Positions 61,070-64,000 of a stretch of DNA of 64,000 nt are shown piece after piece. The DNA is from an uncultured delta proteobacterium. GTDB lineage: Bacteria > Myxococcota_A > UBA9160 > SMWR01. A model generated the notes under the pieces. That model did no database searches, was not told where the DNA came from, and saw only the letters and a program-made list of their open reading frames with translations. Each line of letters opens with the position of its first letter. The first letter of the stretch is position 1. The translations under genes and the position numbers were made by a program. The stretch covers positions 263,324 to 327,323 of the forward strand of contig CAWHTE010000003.1 in NCBI GenBank assembly GCA_963832165.1. The letters are read 5' to 3'.

Positions 61070-62232
61070 GCACGGTCCTGCTATCCGTGGGCGACGCCTC
61101 GGGCGACGTCTACGCCAGCGACTTCGTGCGCGAGCTGCGCGCGCGCATACCCGACGCGCGCTTCCTGGGACTCGGCGGGGCCGAGATGGAGAAGGCCGGC
61201 GTCGAGCTGGTCGTGCACCAGCGCGAAGTCGCGGTGAGCGGGTTGTTCGAGCTGATCCCCGACCTGCATCGGATCGTCAGCGCATGGCGGCGCATGACCG
61301 CCGCGCTGCGCGAGGTTCGCCCCGACCTCGTGGTGTTGGTCGACTCGTCGGGCTTCAACATCCCGTTCGCGCGCCGCGCGCGCCGGCTCGGCTGTCCGAC
61401 GCTCTACTACGTCTCGCCCCAGGTGTGGGCGTGGCGCACCGGGCGCATCCGCAAGCTCGCGCGCTGGGTGAACCAGCTCGCCGTGATCTTTCCGTTCGAG
61501 CCGGCCGTCTACGAGGGGACGCGCGTGCCCGTCGAGTACGTGGGGCATCCACTCGTGGAGCGGCTCGCGCGTGTGACCGCGAGCGTCGATCGAGAGAGCG
61601 CGCGCCGCGAGCTCGGCCTGCCCGCGTCCGCGCGCATCGTGGCGCTCCTGCCGGGGAGCCGCGGCAGCGAGCTGCGCTACGTGCTGCCGCTGCAGCTCGA
61701 GGTGGCGCGCGTGCTGCACGCGCGCGACCCGCGCATCCACTTCATCCTGCCGCGCGCCGCATCGCTCGCGCGCGAGACGGTCGAGGCGGGCATTCGCGCT
61801 GCACATCTGCCCTCGCTGCTGCATGTCGACGTGCTCGACGGCCGCTCGCAGGTCGCGATGCGCGCGGCCGACGTCGCACTGCTCAAGCCCGGCACCTCGA
61901 CGCTCGAGGCCGCGCTGCTCGACTGCCCGATCGTCGTGGCCGCGCGCACCAACCCCCTCACGGCGTGGATCCTGCGCCGACTCGTTCGCGTCGAGACGCT
62001 CACGATGCCCAATCTGATCGCGGGCGAGGCGATCGTGCCCGAGTTCCTACAAAACGACGCGCGCCCCGAGGCGGTTGCAGACGCGGTCCTCGCGCTGCTC
62101 GAAGGGCCCGCGCGCGACGCGCAGCGCGCGCGGCTGGCCGTCGTGCGTCAGACGCTCGCCAAGGGCGGCGCTGCGGCGCGCGCCGCCGAGATCGCGGCGG
62201 GGATGATGGGTGGTGGGCGTCTTCCGGCATAG
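61066..62232 (+). CDS. lpxB: lipid-A-disaccharide synthase
   Basis: Real part of ORF 60481..62232. LLSVGDASGDVYASDFVREL...YYVSPQVWAWR...LLPGSRGSEL. Confidence 0.9.
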   Translation: MSTVLLSVGDASGDVYASDFVRELRARIPDARFLGLGGAEMEKAGVELVVHQREVAVSGLFELIPDLHRIVSAWRRMTAALREVRPDLVVLVDSSGFNIPFARRARRLGCPTLYYVSPQVWAWRTGRIRKLARWVNQLAVIFPFEPAVYEGTRVPVEYVGHPLVERLARVTASVDRESARRELGLPASARIVALLPGSRGSELRYVLPLQLEVARVLHARDPRIHFILPRAASLARETVEAGIRAAHLPSLLHVDVLDGRSQVAMRAADVALLKPGTSTLEAALLDCPIVVAARTNPLTAWILRRLVRVETLTMPNLIAGEAIVPEFLQNDARPEAVADAVLALLEGPARDAQRARLAVVRQTLAKGGAAARAAEIAAGMMGGGRLPA

Positions 62233-63472
62233 CGCCGCGGCGCTCTCGGCCGCGCTCGCTGCGCCCGTGGCCGCGGGTGCGCTGGCGCTGCGCCCGCGCT
62301 GGCGCGCCGGGTGGCGCGAGCGGATCGGCGCGGGCCCGATCGCCGCGGATGCGCTCTGGATCCACGCCGCGAGCGTGGGCGAGGTGAGCGCATCGGCGCG
62401 GCTCGTCGAGCTCCTGCGCGCCCACGGTCGCGCGGTGATGCTCTCGACCACGAGTCCGACCGGACGCGCGCTGTGCGCGCAGCTGCATCCCGGGGTGGCG
62501 CACCGGCTCGCTCCGCTCGACCACCCGTGGTGTGTCGACGCGGTGATGCGACGCGCGCGCCCGCGCGCGCTCGTGCTCGTGGAGACGGAGCTCTGGCCGG
62601 TGTGGATCGCGGCGTGCGAGCGGCGCGGTGTGCCCGTGGTGGTGGTCTCGGGCCGGATCTCGGATCGCTCGCTGCCGCGCTATCGCTGGCTCGGTCCGTG
62701 GCTCGCAAACGCCTTCGCGCGGCTCTCCGCGATCGGCGCGCGCACCGAGCAGGACCGGGATCGCTTCGTCGCGCTCGGCGCCGATCCCGCTCGCGTGCGC
62801 GTGACCGGAGACCTCAAGCTCGATCCGCCCGACATACCGCGTCAGCTCGCACCCGATCTCGAGGCGTGGCTCGGCGACGCACCCCTCGTGGTCGCGGGCA
62901 GCACGCATCCCGGCGAGGAGGAGGCGCTGCTCGCGGCGCAGCGCGCCTGGGAGCACGCGGGGCAGCGCGCGGCGCTGATCCTCGCCCCGCGCCATCCCCA
63001 GCGCGCTGCCGAGGTGGTCGCGCTCGCGCAGCGCGCGGGCCGGCGCGCGCTGCTGCGCAGCGATCGCGGAGACGAGGTGCTCGCGGCGGGTGACGTCGGC
63101 GTGCTCGACACGATCGGCGAGCTCAGCGCGCTCTACGCGCGCGCGGCGATCGCGTACGTGGGCGGGACGCTGGTTCCGATCGGTGGACACAACGTGCTCG
63201 AGCCCGTCGCGGCGGGTACGCCCGTCGTGTACGGAGGCCAGATCGCCAACGCGCGACACGCGGCAGAGCTGCTCGAGTCCCTGGGCGCTGGCGAGCGCGT
63301 CGCGGACGCGGCCGCGCTCGCCGATGCGCTCACGGCCGCGCTCGCGGCTCCCGATGCCGCGCGCGCGCGCGGCGCGGCGGGCCGGGCCGCGCTCGCGGCG
63401 CACCGGGGCAGCAGCGAGCGATCCGCGGCGCTGATCGAAGAGGTGATCGGCGCTCGCGGAGCAGGGGGTTAG
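62210..63472 (+). CDS. waaA: 3-deoxy-D-manno-octulosonic acid (Kdo) transferase
   Basis: LWIHAASVGEVSA...LVLVETELWP...GGTLVPIGGHNVLEP. Confidence 0.85.
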   Translation: MVGVFRHSAAALSAALAAPVAAGALALRPRWRAGWRERIGAGPIAADALWIHAASVGEVSASARLVELLRAHGRAVMLSTTSPTGRALCAQLHPGVAHRLAPLDHPWCVDAVMRRARPRALVLVETELWPVWIAACERRGVPVVVVSGRISDRSLPRYRWLGPWLANAFARLSAIGARTEQDRDRFVALGADPARVRVTGDLKLDPPDIPRQLAPDLEAWLGDAPLVVAGSTHPGEEEALLAAQRAWEHAGQRAALILAPRHPQRAAEVVALAQRAGRRALLRSDRGDEVLAAGDVGVLDTIGELSALYARAAIAYVGGTLVPIGGHNVLEPVAAGTPVVYGGQIANARHAAELLESLGAGERVADAAALADALTAALAAPDAARARGAAGRAALAAHRGSSERSAALIEEVIGARGAGG

Positions 63473-63473
63473 G

Positions 63474-64000
63474 TTGCGTCCGCCCCGCTGGCTCGGCGAA
63501 CGCAATGAATCGCTGGCGCTCCAGCTCGCGCTCGCCCCGCTCGACGTCGCGAGCTGGGTCTACGCGGGTGCTGCGTGGCTGCACCGCACCGCAGCCGAGC
63601 GCGGGATCACGCGGTCGCGCCGTCTCTCCGCGCGCGTCGTCTCCGTGGGCAACCTCGTGGTCGGCGGTACCGCGAAGACGCCGCTCGCGGCATGGCTCGC
63701 GGCACAGCTGCGCCAGCGCGGCTGGAAGGTGGCGCTCGCGAGCCGTGGTTATGGGCGCGCGGGCCGCGAGCCGGTCGAGGTGGTGTCGGACGGGCGCTTC
63801 GTCCACGGCAGTGCGGCGACCGCGGGCGACGAGCCGATGCTGCTCGCGGCACAGGCGCCCGGGGTGCCGGTGCTGGTCGGGCGCGATCGCGGGATCGTGG
63901 GTCTGCGCGCGTTGTCGGCATTCGGCGCACAGGTGATCGTGCTCGACGACGGCTTTCAGCACCATCGGCTGCAGCGCGACATCGACGTGCTGACCTTCGA
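63474..64000 (+). CDS. lpxK: tetraacyldisaccharide 4'-kinase; 3' end runs off the window
   Basis: Not in the track because there is no stop in the window. My translation from TTG 63474 reads ...VVSVGNLVVGGTAKTPLAAWLAAQLRQRGWKVALASRGYGR...GDEPMLLA...VIVLDDGFQH (P-loop and LpxK motifs). Confidence 0.8.
   Translation, partial: MRPPRWLGERNESLALQLALAPLDVASWVYAGAAWLHRTAAERGITRSRRLSARVVSVGNLVVGGTAKTPLAAWLAAQLRQRGWKVALASRGYGRAGREPVEVVSDGRFVHGSAATAGDEPMLLAAQAPGVPVLVGRDRGIVGLRALSAFGAQVIVLDDGFQHHRLQRDIDVLTF

Overview
Very GC-rich (about 70% by eye, not computed), gene-dense chromosomal segment. Almost every real gene is on the + strand, and many neighbours are joined by ATGA/GTGA start-stop overlaps. 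The content looks Myxococcota-like: a myxobacterial-type PilA N-terminus, pilA followed by an ABC transporter and pilD as in M. xanthus pilGHI, PATAN/DUF4388 proteins, and a large Che operon. That taxonomic call is inference only.

Gene order:
- korBA (minus strand), a TPR lipoprotein + RodZ-like pair, recO, glyQS, ppdK
- two tandem ECF sigma factors, a DEDDh exonuclease and tRNA-Glu (minus strand)
- a type IV pilin module: sigma54 promoter, 2 pilins, an accessory protein, ABC ATPase, ABC permease, pilD
- tRNA-Gln, yceD-rpmF-fabD-acpP-fabF, an in-frame rpiB-glyA fusion, nrdR-ribD-ribH-nusB
- a PATAN-receiver-GAF protein, then an 11-gene translationally coupled Che operon with embedded Zn-ribbon pseudo-receiver, HEAT-repeat and GAF proteins
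- lptE-like, holA, rpsT (minus strand), a membrane TPR/Zn-ribbon protein + second PATAN protein, phoH-ybeY-lnt-prfB-lysS
- lolE-like, lolD, bamA-skp-lpxA-lpxI-oxidoreductase-lpxB-waaA-lpxK

I saw no CRISPR array, integrase, transposase or recognisable defence system.

Most notable observations:
1. The atypical Che operon and its flanking PATAN proteins are the best candidate for an uncharacterised signalling system.
2. Seven single-base (+1) frame disruptions lie in essential or housekeeping genes (ppdK, holA, lnt x3, lysS, lolE-like). Some are hidden inside long stop-free ORFs. These are most likely assembly indels.
3. A short interspersed intergenic repeat family is present. One copy supplies the only possible 5' end of ppdK.
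4. The 3' end of tRNA-Glu is duplicated.

Internal start coordinates were derived arithmetically from the ORF track. Sites read directly off the sequence may be off by 1-3 nt.
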